In this document: in pieces, positions 52,320 through 62,070 of the stretch
Position numbering within the stretch: position 1 is the stretch's first letter
Layout: each line of letters begins with the position of its first letter
NCBI GenBank assembly: GCA_030603745.1
Contig: JAUVXE010000001.1
Coordinates: 209,641-273,640 of the forward strand
Direction: 5' to 3'
DNA: 64,000 bases
From: Coriobacteriia bacterium
GTDB lineage: Bacteria; Actinomycetota; Coriobacteriia; Anaerosomatales; SLCP01
Made by a program: the position numbers and the translations under genes
The notes under the pieces: model-generated
Databases searched by the model: none
Told to the model about the DNA's origin: nothing
What the model saw: only the letters and a program-made list of their open reading frames with translations

Positions 52320-53240
52320 CTACCGCATCCTGGCCCGCGGGTGCGTGGAGAGGTACTCCTCCCGAAGGTGCGACAGCTCGACGTGGGTGTAGATCTGCGT
52401 CGTGGCGATATCCGCGTGTCCCAGCATCTCCTGCAGCGCTCGCAGGTCGGCGCCGCCCTCGAGCAGGTGGGTGGCGAAGGAGTGACGGAGCGTGTGCGGG
52501 TGGATGTCGATGCCGACCCGCCCGCCGTAGCGCCGCACCATCTCGAAGACCGCCTGGCGGCTGATGCGCCCCCCGCGCACGTTCACGAAGACCGCCGAGG
52601 CGTCCGCGCCCCGAACGCGCTTCCTGCTGCGCAGGAAGGGACGCCCATGGGCGAGGTACGCCGCGAGCGCGGCCTTCGCCTCGCCGGCCACGGGGACCAC
52701 GCGCTCCTTGTCACCCTTGCCGCGCACCCGCAGCACGCCGTCTTCGAGCGAGAGGTCGGCGTGGTCGAGGCCGATCAGCTCGCTCACCCGCAGGCCGCAT
52801 CCGTAGAGGGTCTCGAGGATCGCGCGGTCACGCAGCCCAGCCGGTCCCTCGGGGAACGGCTGGGAGAGCAACCTGTCGACGTCGTCGATGCTGACCACGT
52901 CCGGCAGGCGCCGGGGCTTCTTGGGCAGCGGCACACGCCCTGCCGGATGGTCGGCCGCGAGCCCCTCCCGCACGCAGAACCTGTGGAAGCTCTTCACCGC
53001 GGCGACCGCGCGCTCCACGCTCGCAGGAGCCAGTCCCCGCTGTTGAAGGGCCCTCACGAACGCGGCGACGTCCTCGGCCGAGGCGCTCGCCGGGTCAGCG
53101 ACGCCTCGCGCGCCCAATGCCACCGAGTAGGCCCGCAGGTCGCGGCGGTAGGCGGCCAGGGTGTTGCGCGAAGAACCCCGCTCGACAGCGAGGTGCGAGA
53201 GGAACTCCTCGGCGGAGGAGTGAAGGCGCTGCTCGTCCAT
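52320..53240 (-). CDS. xerD: Tyrosine recombinase XerD-type (chromosome dimer resolution)
   Basis: Catalytic motifs HTLRHSFATHLL and LGHADIATTQIYTHV. The ATG at 53240 is preferred, because the GTG at 53255 used by the ORF track sits directly against the GGAGG. Confidence 0.85.
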   Translation of the reverse strand: MDEQRLHSSAEEFLSHLAVERGSSRNTLAAYRRDLRAYSVALGARGVADPASASAEDVAAFVRALQQRGLAPASVERAVAAVKSFHRFCVREGLAADHPAGRVPLPKKPRRLPDVVSIDDVDRLLSQPFPEGPAGLRDRAILETLYGCGLRVSELIGLDHADLSLEDGVLRVRGKGDKERVVPVAGEAKAALAAYLAHGRPFLRSRKRVRGADASAVFVNVRGGRISRQAVFEMVRRYGGRVGIDIHPHTLRHSFATHLLEGGADLRALQEMLGHADIATTQIYTHVELSHLREEYLSTHPRARMR

Positions 53241-53268
53241 GTGCCGATGATACACCTCCGGACGTGCT

Positions 53269-53293
53269 GACGGCCGCCCGATGGGCGGCCGTC
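53269..53293 (-). terminator. Probable ald terminator hairpin
   Basis: GACGGCCGCCC-GAT-GGGCGGCCGTC forms a perfect 11-bp stem, 25 nt downstream of the ald stop. There is no U-tract. Confidence 0.55.
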
Positions 53294-53318
53294 GAGTACC
53301 TCAGGCGGGGCGTGGAAC

Positions 53319-54449
53319 CTAGGACACCGCGGGGTATCCGATGAGCTCCTCCAGGGGAGTGTAGTCCATGCCGTGCGCCTCGGCCACCGGCTTGTAGACG
53401 ATCTTGCCGTCGAGCACGTTGACGCCCTTCGCGAGAGCGGGGTCATCGAGGACCGCCTGCTTCCAGCCCTTGTCCGCGATCGAGAGACCGTAGCGGAGGG
53501 TGGCGTTGGTGAGCGCGAGGGTCGAGGTGTTGGGCACCGCGCCGGGCATGTTGGCGACACCGTAGTGCAGCACCCCGTCGACGAAGTACGTCGGGTCGGC
53601 GTGCGTGGTGGGCTTGGTGGTCTCGATGCAGCCGCCCTGATCGACGGAGACGTCGACGAGGACCGCGCCGGGCTTCATGGTGGGCAGCATGTCGCGGGTC
53701 ACGAGATAGGGCGTCTTGGCGCCGGGCAGGAGCACCGCGCCGATCACGAGGTCCGCCTCGGTGACGATCTGGGTGATGTTGTGCTTGCTGGAGTAGAGGG
53801 TGCGGATCCGGTTGCCCCAGATCTCGTCGAGGTAGCGCAGGCGCTCGAGGTTGACGTCCATCACCGTGACGTCGGCGCCCATGCCCATGGCGATGTAGGC
53901 GGCGTTGGTGCCGACGACGCCGGCGCCGAGCACCACGACCTTCGCCGGGAGGACGCCGGGGACCCCGCCCATGAGCACGCCCCGGCCGCCGTTAGGCTTC
54001 TGGAGGTAGGCCGCGCCGACCTGCGCGGCCATGCGGCCGGCGACCTCGGACATCGGCGCGAGGAGCGGGAGCTGGCGGTTGGCGAGCTCCACGGTCTCGT
54101 ACGCGAAGCACACGGCGCCGGACTTCACGAGACCCTCGGTCTGCGGAAGGTCGGGGGCGAGGTGGAGATAGGTGTAGAGGATCTGGCCGGGACGCAGGCG
54201 CTCGATCTCGACCGCCTGGGGCTCCTTGACCTTCACGATCATGTCGGCCTGGGCGAAAACCTCATCAGGCGTGTCGAGCATGCGCGCTCCGGCGGCGACG
54301 TAGACCTCATCGGCGAACGAGGAGCCCTCCCCCGCGCCGCGCTCCACGACGACCTCATGGCTGTGCGCGATGAACTCCGCCACACCGGCGGGCGTGAGTC
54401 CCACACGGAACTCGTTGTTCTTGATCTCTGCAGGTACCCCGATGATCAC
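53319..54449 (-). CDS. ald: Alanine dehydrogenase
   Basis: 376 aa beginning (GTG)IIGVPAEIKNNEFRVGLTP, with NAD motif VLGAGVVGTNAA. Confidence 0.95.
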   Translation of the reverse strand: MIIGVPAEIKNNEFRVGLTPAGVAEFIAHSHEVVVERGAGEGSSFADEVYVAAGARMLDTPDEVFAQADMIVKVKEPQAVEIERLRPGQILYTYLHLAPDLPQTEGLVKSGAVCFAYETVELANRQLPLLAPMSEVAGRMAAQVGAAYLQKPNGGRGVLMGGVPGVLPAKVVVLGAGVVGTNAAYIAMGMGADVTVMDVNLERLRYLDEIWGNRIRTLYSSKHNITQIVTEADLVIGAVLLPGAKTPYLVTRDMLPTMKPGAVLVDVSVDQGGCIETTKPTTHADPTYFVDGVLHYGVANMPGAVPNTSTLALTNATLRYGLSIADKGWKQAVLDDPALAKGVNVLDGKIVYKPVAEAHGMDYTPLEELIGYPAVS

Positions 54450-54561
54450 CGGTCGGCTCCTTTGCGTGAGACGTCATGACATCCACCGAAAGCGCGTGCG
54501 CGCTTACCAGTGTGTAAAGCACGCACTAGTGTAACGCAGCACTCTGGAAACGGGAACGCAC

Positions 54562-55692
54562 TCATGATGTGCGGTTCGCTCGTTCGGGCGTGATCTCGCC
54601 GAGGGCGATGCGAGCGCACGCCTCGCCGGCGGCGTACGCCGCGGCGAAGAAGGCCGGGTCGTCGCTCTCGGCGCGCCCCATGGTGGTGACGCGTACCCCC
54701 TTGAGGTCCGGCGGCCCCGCGTGCCCCGCACGGGCGACGACGCGCTCGTGCCGGTCCCACACCCCTGCGTCCTCGAGCGTGGCCTCGACCTCCTCGGCGA
54801 GATCGGCGGGCAGGTGCGGTACCGCGACGACCGCGCGCGCGAGCGCGACGCGCGTGAGGGCCGCGATCGTGTGGTGGCTGACGCCGTGGTGTCGCACCCG
54901 CTGGTCGGCGAAGGAGAGCCGCAGCGAGGCCACCGGGACCCCGCCGAGGGCGGCGACGGCGTTGACGGCCTCCCCCTGCGCCACCCCTCCGTGGCCGAAG
55001 GGCGTCGCGGTCCCGACCACGCCGGGGCCGATCGCGACGATCGCGACGTCCGCACGCGCGACGTGGCGGGCGGCGAGCAGGGCCGAGTGGACGTTGACCG
55101 CCTCATAGGCGCCGCCGAACGCGTGCCCGCAGGTGATGGTGGTGTCGACGAGGCCCGCCTCGACCGAGGCGCGCACCACCTCGGAGAGCGCGAGCGGCAG
55201 GGCGCCGAAGTCGGTCATCACGTAGGCCACCCGGAGGGCGGGATCGGCCTGTTTCACGGCGGCGGCGGCGAGCGGCACGTGGCTGTGCAGGCCGCAGCAC
55301 GCGACCGGCAGTCCGGCAAGGTCGCGGGCGTGCGACATGACCCCGTGGTTCGGGCTCGACTGCTCCTCCACGGCGGCGACGTCGAGCTGGAGCGGCGTGT
55401 AGCGCAGCTTCATGATGTGGCCGCCCGAGGGGTGGTCGTGGGCGACGCCGGCGGGCGCCTCCCCCGCGGGCGTGCGCGCGACCACGAAGTGGTGGCCGCC
55501 GGTGCCGAGGGCGAGGTCGACCGCGGTGGTGTTGAGCAGCACCCGGTCACCGGTCTCGCACGCTCCGGTGAGCGCCGGATAGGCGAGCGCCGTGCCGGTC
55601 TCACCGGGGGCCGTGTCGGGGGTCACCTCGAGCCGCTGGATCCCCTCGGCGAAGGAGCGGACCGACTCGACGGTGGCCCACACGAGCCTCAT
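54562..55692 (-). CDS. Conserved hypothetical protein, DUF3866-like
   Basis: The 592-aa ORF is trimmed to ATG 55690-55692 (MRLVWATVESV), overlapping the upstream stop (ATGA). The LNTTAVDLALGTGGHHFV segment matches my recollection of DUF3866. The discarded N-terminus is Arg/Gly/His-rich. Confidence 0.7.
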   Translation of the reverse strand: MRLVWATVESVRSFAEGIQRLEVTPDTAPGETGTALAYPALTGACETGDRVLLNTTAVDLALGTGGHHFVVARTPAGEAPAGVAHDHPSGGHIMKLRYTPLQLDVAAVEEQSSPNHGVMSHARDLAGLPVACCGLHSHVPLAAAAVKQADPALRVAYVMTDFGALPLALSEVVRASVEAGLVDTTITCGHAFGGAYEAVNVHSALLAARHVARADVAIVAIGPGVVGTATPFGHGGVAQGEAVNAVAALGGVPVASLRLSFADQRVRHHGVSHHTIAALTRVALARAVVAVPHLPADLAEEVEATLEDAGVWDRHERVVARAGHAGPPDLKGVRVTTMGRAESDDPAFFAAAYAAGEACARIALGEITPERANRTS

Positions 55693-56816
55693 CGGTCCCG
55701 CACCCCTGCCCGGACGATGACCGCGCGGACGAGCGCCGCGAGCGACTCGAGGTCGACGACGGAGATGTGCTCGTCGGTGGAGTGGAGCGCGCGCATGCCG
55801 CAGGAGAGCACGAGCGTGGGCGCGCCGGCGGCCGCGAAGACGTTGCCGTCGCTGCCTCCCCCGCTCGTGCGGAGCCGCGGCTCGAGCCCGACGTCGGCGC
55901 ACGCCGCGCTCACGAGCGCGAGCTCGGGACCTTCGGGGTCGGTCGAGAACGCGTGGTACTCGCGGGTCCAGCGGACGTCGACCGTGCCGCCTCCCGCACG
56001 CGCGGCCTCGCGCATCGCCTGCTCCATCGCCGAGGAGACCTCGTCGACCCGCGCCGGGTCGAGGGAGCGGCACTCGCCGGTGAGCGTGACCCGCGCGGGG
56101 ACGACGTTGGTCGCCGAGCCGCCCTCGATCGAGCCGACGTTGGCGGTGGTGCGGTCGTCGAGGCGCCCCGACGGCATCGCCGCGATCGCGCGGGCGGCCA
56201 TCACGAGCGCGGAGCGCCCCTGCTCGGGCGCGACGCCCGCATGCGCGGCGAGACCGTGGAAGGTCGCCACGAAGGTGTCGTGCGTGGGCGCGCCGACCAC
56301 GATGCCGCCCGGGTCGCCGTCGGCGTCGAGCACGAGGCACAGGTCGACGTCGCCGGCCACCGCCGGGTCGAGCACCTTCGCCCCCTTGAGGCCGACCTCC
56401 TCGCCCACGGTGAGCACGACACGCAGGTTCCCGCGAGGCGCGCCGTCCTCGATCACGCGCCGCACGCCCTCGACGATCGCCGCGATCCCGGCCTTGTCGT
56501 CGGCGCCGAGCACGGTCTCTCCCCTCGAGAAGACGCTACCGTCACGCACCTCGGGCACCACGCCTTCGCACGGCTGCACGCAGTCGAGATGCGCCGAGAG
56601 GAGGATCGTCGGAGCGCCCGGCGCGGCCCCGGGCAGGTCCGCGATCACGTTGCCCGTGTCCGAGCCGGTGAGCGCCGCGGTCGCGTCGGTGCGGGCGGTG
56701 AACCCGAGGGCGGTGAGCTCGCCGATGCAGTGACGCGCCAGCGCGGCCTCTCGACCCGACGGACTGTCGATCCGCACGAGGTCGAGGAAGGCCGCCAGCA
56801 GCCGCTCGGTGCTCAC
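55689..56816 (-). CDS. M20-family metallopeptidase (peptidase T-like)
   Basis: The ORF is trimmed to GTG 56814-56816 (V/M-STERLLAAFLDLVRIDSPSG). Motifs are SAHLD, GADDKAG and GEEVGLKG. Confidence 0.85.
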   Translation of the reverse strand: MSTERLLAAFLDLVRIDSPSGREAALARHCIGELTALGFTARTDATAALTGSDTGNVIADLPGAAPGAPTILLSAHLDCVQPCEGVVPEVRDGSVFSRGETVLGADDKAGIAAIVEGVRRVIEDGAPRGNLRVVLTVGEEVGLKGAKVLDPAVAGDVDLCLVLDADGDPGGIVVGAPTHDTFVATFHGLAAHAGVAPEQGRSALVMAARAIAAMPSGRLDDRTTANVGSIEGGSATNVVPARVTLTGECRSLDPARVDEVSSAMEQAMREAARAGGGTVDVRWTREYHAFSTDPEGPELALVSAACADVGLEPRLRTSGGGSDGNVFAAAGAPTLVLSCGMRALHSTDEHISVVDLESLAALVRAVIVRAGVRDR

Positions 56817-56821
56817 GGTCC

Positions 56822-58435
<1,614 letters not shown>

Positions 58436-58519
58436 CTGTGTGTCCTTGCCTCCATCCGTCCCGAACCGCCGACCCGTCCCTCACGTCATTCTACCCGCGC
58501 ACCCGCCCTCGCGGGGGAT

Positions 58520-59491
58520 TCATTCAGGCCTTCTCGCCCCCGTCTTCGCCCCCTGGGCCGTGCCCCATCGATCAACGGCGGAAAGCGCGCGGTTTCCCGC
58601 GATGACCGCCGAGAACGAGACCCGCTCGCTCGCGAGATTCACGGCGAGGAGGAGCAGCGCGACCCCCGTGGTGGCGAGCGGCCCGAGCGACAGGACGAGC
58701 AGTGCGCCAGAGAGGATCCCGAAGGCGTTGGCGCCCGCGTCGCCGAGCAGGCCCACCTCGCCGAGGTCGAAGCGCCACACGGCGAGCAGCGGCCCGAGGC
58801 AGAAGGCGCCTACGATACCGATCGTCCCGAGCACCTCGGCGAGCACCTCGCCGCGCCCGAGCATCGCGACGGCGAGGGCGACGACGCCGGCGGCCGCGAG
58901 CGGCATGAACACCTTGAGCGCCCGGCCCGGGCGCAGGTCGAAGAGGTTCGACGTGTTCGCCGAGAGCGCGAGCAGCGCGCCCGCGGCGACGGCGTGCCCG
59001 AGCGTGGGGGCGGTCACCTCCCCGGCGAGCGCGATCCTGCCGCCCGCGAGGAGCGACACCGTGCCGATGCCCAGCAGCTTCAGTCCCCCGGTCGACAGAC
59101 GACCGCGAGCGAGCGCACCGAGGTGGCCGCGGAAGCCCTTCTCGGCGGAGGAACCGAAGACGTCGTCGATCAGCCCGAACACGAAGGCGGCGGCGACCAG
59201 CGGCGCCGCGAAGAGGAGCGGCTCCGCGGCGCTCGCCGCTCCCGGCCATCCGGTGACCCGCTGCGCAACGGACGCACCGGTGTCGAGGAGCGCGACGCCC
59301 ACGAGCCAGAACGCCCAGACGAGCCCGAGTCCGAGCGCGACGTCGCGGCCGCGGTAGTTGCGGACGGTCCGGCCTGACGCGTGGAGCGCTGGCACCAGCA
59401 TCCGCATGCCGAGCCAGGGGACGCCGATGCCGGCGACCGCCGCGAGCGCGAGCGCCACGATCCACCGGCCGGACTCGCCCTCCCCTAGCAC
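58520..59491 (-). CDS. Divergent MraY/WecA-family (polyprenyl-phosphate sugar-1-phosphate transferase-like) membrane protein
   Basis: About 323 aa from GTG 59489-59491, which overlaps the upstream stop by 7 nt. The protein is polytopic. Family-like motifs are LIDDVFG, SANTSNLFDLRPGRA (in place of NxxNxxDGxDGL) and GDAGANAFG (in place of GDxGSxxLG). Confidence 0.65.
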   Translation of the reverse strand: MLGEGESGRWIVALALAAVAGIGVPWLGMRMLVPALHASGRTVRNYRGRDVALGLGLVWAFWLVGVALLDTGASVAQRVTGWPGAASAAEPLLFAAPLVAAAFVFGLIDDVFGSSAEKGFRGHLGALARGRLSTGGLKLLGIGTVSLLAGGRIALAGEVTAPTLGHAVAAGALLALSANTSNLFDLRPGRALKVFMPLAAAGVVALAVAMLGRGEVLAEVLGTIGIVGAFCLGPLLAVWRFDLGEVGLLGDAGANAFGILSGALLVLSLGPLATTGVALLLLAVNLASERVSFSAVIAGNRALSAVDRWGTAQGAKTGARRPE

Positions 59492-61803
59492 GCCACCTCC
59501 CGCTCGGCCTCGGCGACTGACTGCGGAAGTCGCGCAAGCATGAGGTGCAGGATGCCCACACCCACGTAGATCATGATGAGCGCCGGTATGACGATCCCCG
59601 AGTCCTCGGTGACGTAGGCCGCCAGACCTCCGATCAGGCACGCTGCCATACCGGCGGAGTAGCCTGGGTTCTCGGTCAGCGTCGCGGCGAAATCACCCTG
59701 CGGGCGCCATCGCATGAAGCCGAGGAACGCGAGCACGGCGATCAGGAGGAACGACCAGTTCGTGCGGGTCAGCACGCGGATGTTCGTCTCGGCCTTGCGG
59801 ACCACGATCAGCCACAGCTCCGAGACGCCCCCTTTGGCCATGCTGTCCCACGCGCGGGCGAGGTGGGACTGCGAGCCTTCATCGGAGCGCATGTCGACGA
59901 AGGAGAAGCCGGCGATCATGACGACCATGACGAGGACGGAGGCTGTGACCACCCTCCAGTCGATGCGGATCCGGTTGTAGATGACCCACATCGCGACGAA
60001 GCCGACGACCGCCCAGACCGCGACCGCGATGTTGGCCCCGAGCGACGGGTCGGTGCCGACCCAGGCGACCACGAGCCCGAGCGCGGGGATGCCCCACAGC
60101 CCGAGCGGACGCTGCCACCGCGTCCCGGCGAGCTCGTCGAGTACGAGCGCCAGGCCGATCACCGCGCTGCCGAAGAGCAGGGCGGCGCCCTCGTTCCCGA
60201 TCCCGTAGTAGCGGGCCGCGGGGAGCGGAGAGTAGCTCAGGAACCCAGTGAAGGAGAGCGGCGCCCCGATGAGCTGGTCGATGACGAGGATGCCCGCCGC
60301 GAGCAGGCTCAACGTGGCGACCGGCGCGCGCATGGGAGCGAGACGCTCGAGCAGCAGGCCGAACGCCCACACCCCGGCGAGCGCGACGAAGAACGCGAAG
60401 TACACGTCGGCGACCGTCGCGGGCCGGGGGTCGACGACGAACATCAGGAGCGTCGCGGGCGGCACGGCGAGCGCGAGCAGCATGAGCTTGCGCCCGATCG
60501 CCGAGACGAGGCCGACCACGCGGTCGGGCCAGCGCCTGGCCCGCAGCAGCACGATCGTGCAGACGAGCAGCACGATCGTGGTCGTCGCGATGAACCCGTT
60601 GATCACGGCCGGCTTGGCGGTGTCGACCGCGACGGCGGTGGCATCGGCCGCGGCGAGCTCCTCGATGCGCGCGGCCGCCGGCCGCGCGTCCCCGTCGGAG
60701 ACCATCGGGTTGCCGAGCACCTCGACCGGACGGTCGATGCCGAGCGCCGCCAGCGCGGTCGCCGCGACGTCGAGGTTGGTGACGAGCCCGGCGCGCTGGG
60801 TCGAGGAGGAGGAGAGCTGCCCGCCCCATCCGGGGCCGTGGACGAGCGCCGGGCCGAGGCCGGTGACCACGCCCCGCTGTTCGGAGATGACCGGCGGCAG
60901 CACCATCAGCACACCGTCGGCGGGCAGGCGCTCGAGCGCGAGCGCCACGACCGCGTCGATGGTGCCCACGGCGGCCAGCCGGTGCCCCTCGGCGACATCG
61001 GGCATGACATCCGGGGTGAACTCGTGCGCCCGGTGCGGGTCACCCGCGTCGAGGACCAGCAGTCCGGGTCCGCCGCGCGCCTCCATCTCGTCCGAGACGC
61101 GGTCGAGCGTCCCGGCGAAGGTCTCGAGGTCGGTCGCGAACCCGAACGGGACGTCCGGGTCGTTGACGAGCAGGTTGCTCGAGACGTCGCCGAGCATCAC
61201 GCGGCCGGCCTCGTCCATCGCGACGGCGCCCGCCGGGCGGTTGCGCCACACGCCGCGCACCTCGTAACCCGCGTCGGAGTTGCCGATCGCGCCGGTCACG
61301 CCCCCGGCGTCGACGACCGCCTGGCCGAGCGCCCCCGGACGCACCGCGAGCGTGGTGGCCCCCGCGTTGAGGCGCACCGTCCTCGGCAGGCCGAGGAAGA
61401 CGACCTCGTGATCGCTCGCGTCCAGGCCCGTCATGCGGGTGTAGACGTCGAGCGCCGAACCGCCCTCGTAGTACTCGTCGACCGAGTGCGGCTGGGGGGC
61501 CGCCGAGTCCGCGGCCGCCCACGATCCCGCGGAGAACGTGAGCGCCCCGCGCATGGGGGTCGGCGGGGAGGCGACCCGGCTGCGGCTGCGCAGGTTGATG
61601 TTGCCGACCGCGCCCTCCTCGGCGAGGCGGTGCAGGGTCGGGGCGATCACCGGGTCGATGTCGTCCCAGCGCAGGTAGGGCGCGAGCACGATGACCACCC
61701 GGGAGGCCGAGGGCTCGCTGGCACGGGCGGACGCCGGGGCGGCGGGCAGCAGCGCGCCGGCGAGCAGCGCGACGGTCGCGAGTATGGTGAGCGGTCTGCG
61801 CAT
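59485..61803 (-). CDS. Large envelope protein: signal peptide, about 430-aa alkaline-phosphatase-superfamily (type I phosphodiesterase-like) ectodomain, then a C-terminal polytopic domain (about 10 TM)
   Basis: The 1078-aa ORF is trimmed to ATG 61801-61803 (MRRPLTILATVALLAGALLPAAPASA), giving 772 aa. Phosphodiesterase-like segments are VVIVLAPYLRWDDI, GALTFSAGS, LVHGPGW and LVTNLDVAATALAALGIDRP. The hydrophobic C-terminal half contains YYGIGNEGAALLFG. Confidence 0.7.
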   Translation of the reverse strand: MRRPLTILATVALLAGALLPAAPASARASEPSASRVVIVLAPYLRWDDIDPVIAPTLHRLAEEGAVGNINLRSRSRVASPPTPMRGALTFSAGSWAAADSAAPQPHSVDEYYEGGSALDVYTRMTGLDASDHEVVFLGLPRTVRLNAGATTLAVRPGALGQAVVDAGGVTGAIGNSDAGYEVRGVWRNRPAGAVAMDEAGRVMLGDVSSNLLVNDPDVPFGFATDLETFAGTLDRVSDEMEARGGPGLLVLDAGDPHRAHEFTPDVMPDVAEGHRLAAVGTIDAVVALALERLPADGVLMVLPPVISEQRGVVTGLGPALVHGPGWGGQLSSSSTQRAGLVTNLDVAATALAALGIDRPVEVLGNPMVSDGDARPAAARIEELAAADATAVAVDTAKPAVINGFIATTTIVLLVCTIVLLRARRWPDRVVGLVSAIGRKLMLLALAVPPATLLMFVVDPRPATVADVYFAFFVALAGVWAFGLLLERLAPMRAPVATLSLLAAGILVIDQLIGAPLSFTGFLSYSPLPAARYYGIGNEGAALLFGSAVIGLALVLDELAGTRWQRPLGLWGIPALGLVVAWVGTDPSLGANIAVAVWAVVGFVAMWVIYNRIRIDWRVVTASVLVMVVMIAGFSFVDMRSDEGSQSHLARAWDSMAKGGVSELWLIVVRKAETNIRVLTRTNWSFLLIAVLAFLGFMRWRPQGDFAATLTENPGYSAGMAACLIGGLAAYVTEDSGIVIPALIMIYVGVGILHLMLARLPQSVAEAEREVAC

Positions 61804-62070
61804 GGGCCTTCCCTGCGGGCACGCCTCGGGCGCGCCGGACGACGGCGGCGTTCGCTTCGGGGGTGACACGGCGATTGGTCGAGGCCGGATCGTCCGGCCG
61901 ACCGGGCACCTGCGGCGCCCAACGGCAAGTATAGCGCACTCGCCACCCGCGGGCTGCGTCGGGCTACAATAGCGCGTGGTAGACGGCACACGACCACGCC
62001 CCCAGGCCCTCGGCGAGACCGGGAGGAGACGACCATCACCAGGCCGGCGATCGCCCGCTCCACAGCCATC

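Noticed and set aside
52320-53255. Tyrosine recombinase as a possible integrase marking a mobile element or genomic island.
   Set aside because: The sequence carries XerD-type catalytic motifs. It is flanked by core genes (ABC importer, ald), with no adjacent tRNA, direct repeats, excisionase or phage/plasmid genes, and no local shift in composition.
58436-58519. Possible CTP-sensing reiterative-transcription attenuator upstream of pyrG, as in Bacillus.
   Set aside because: A TAGAAT -10 is visible. I could not identify the required G-run start site together with a pyrimidine tract and terminator arrangement. The only hairpin (CCCGCG...CGCGGG) lies upstream of the -10.
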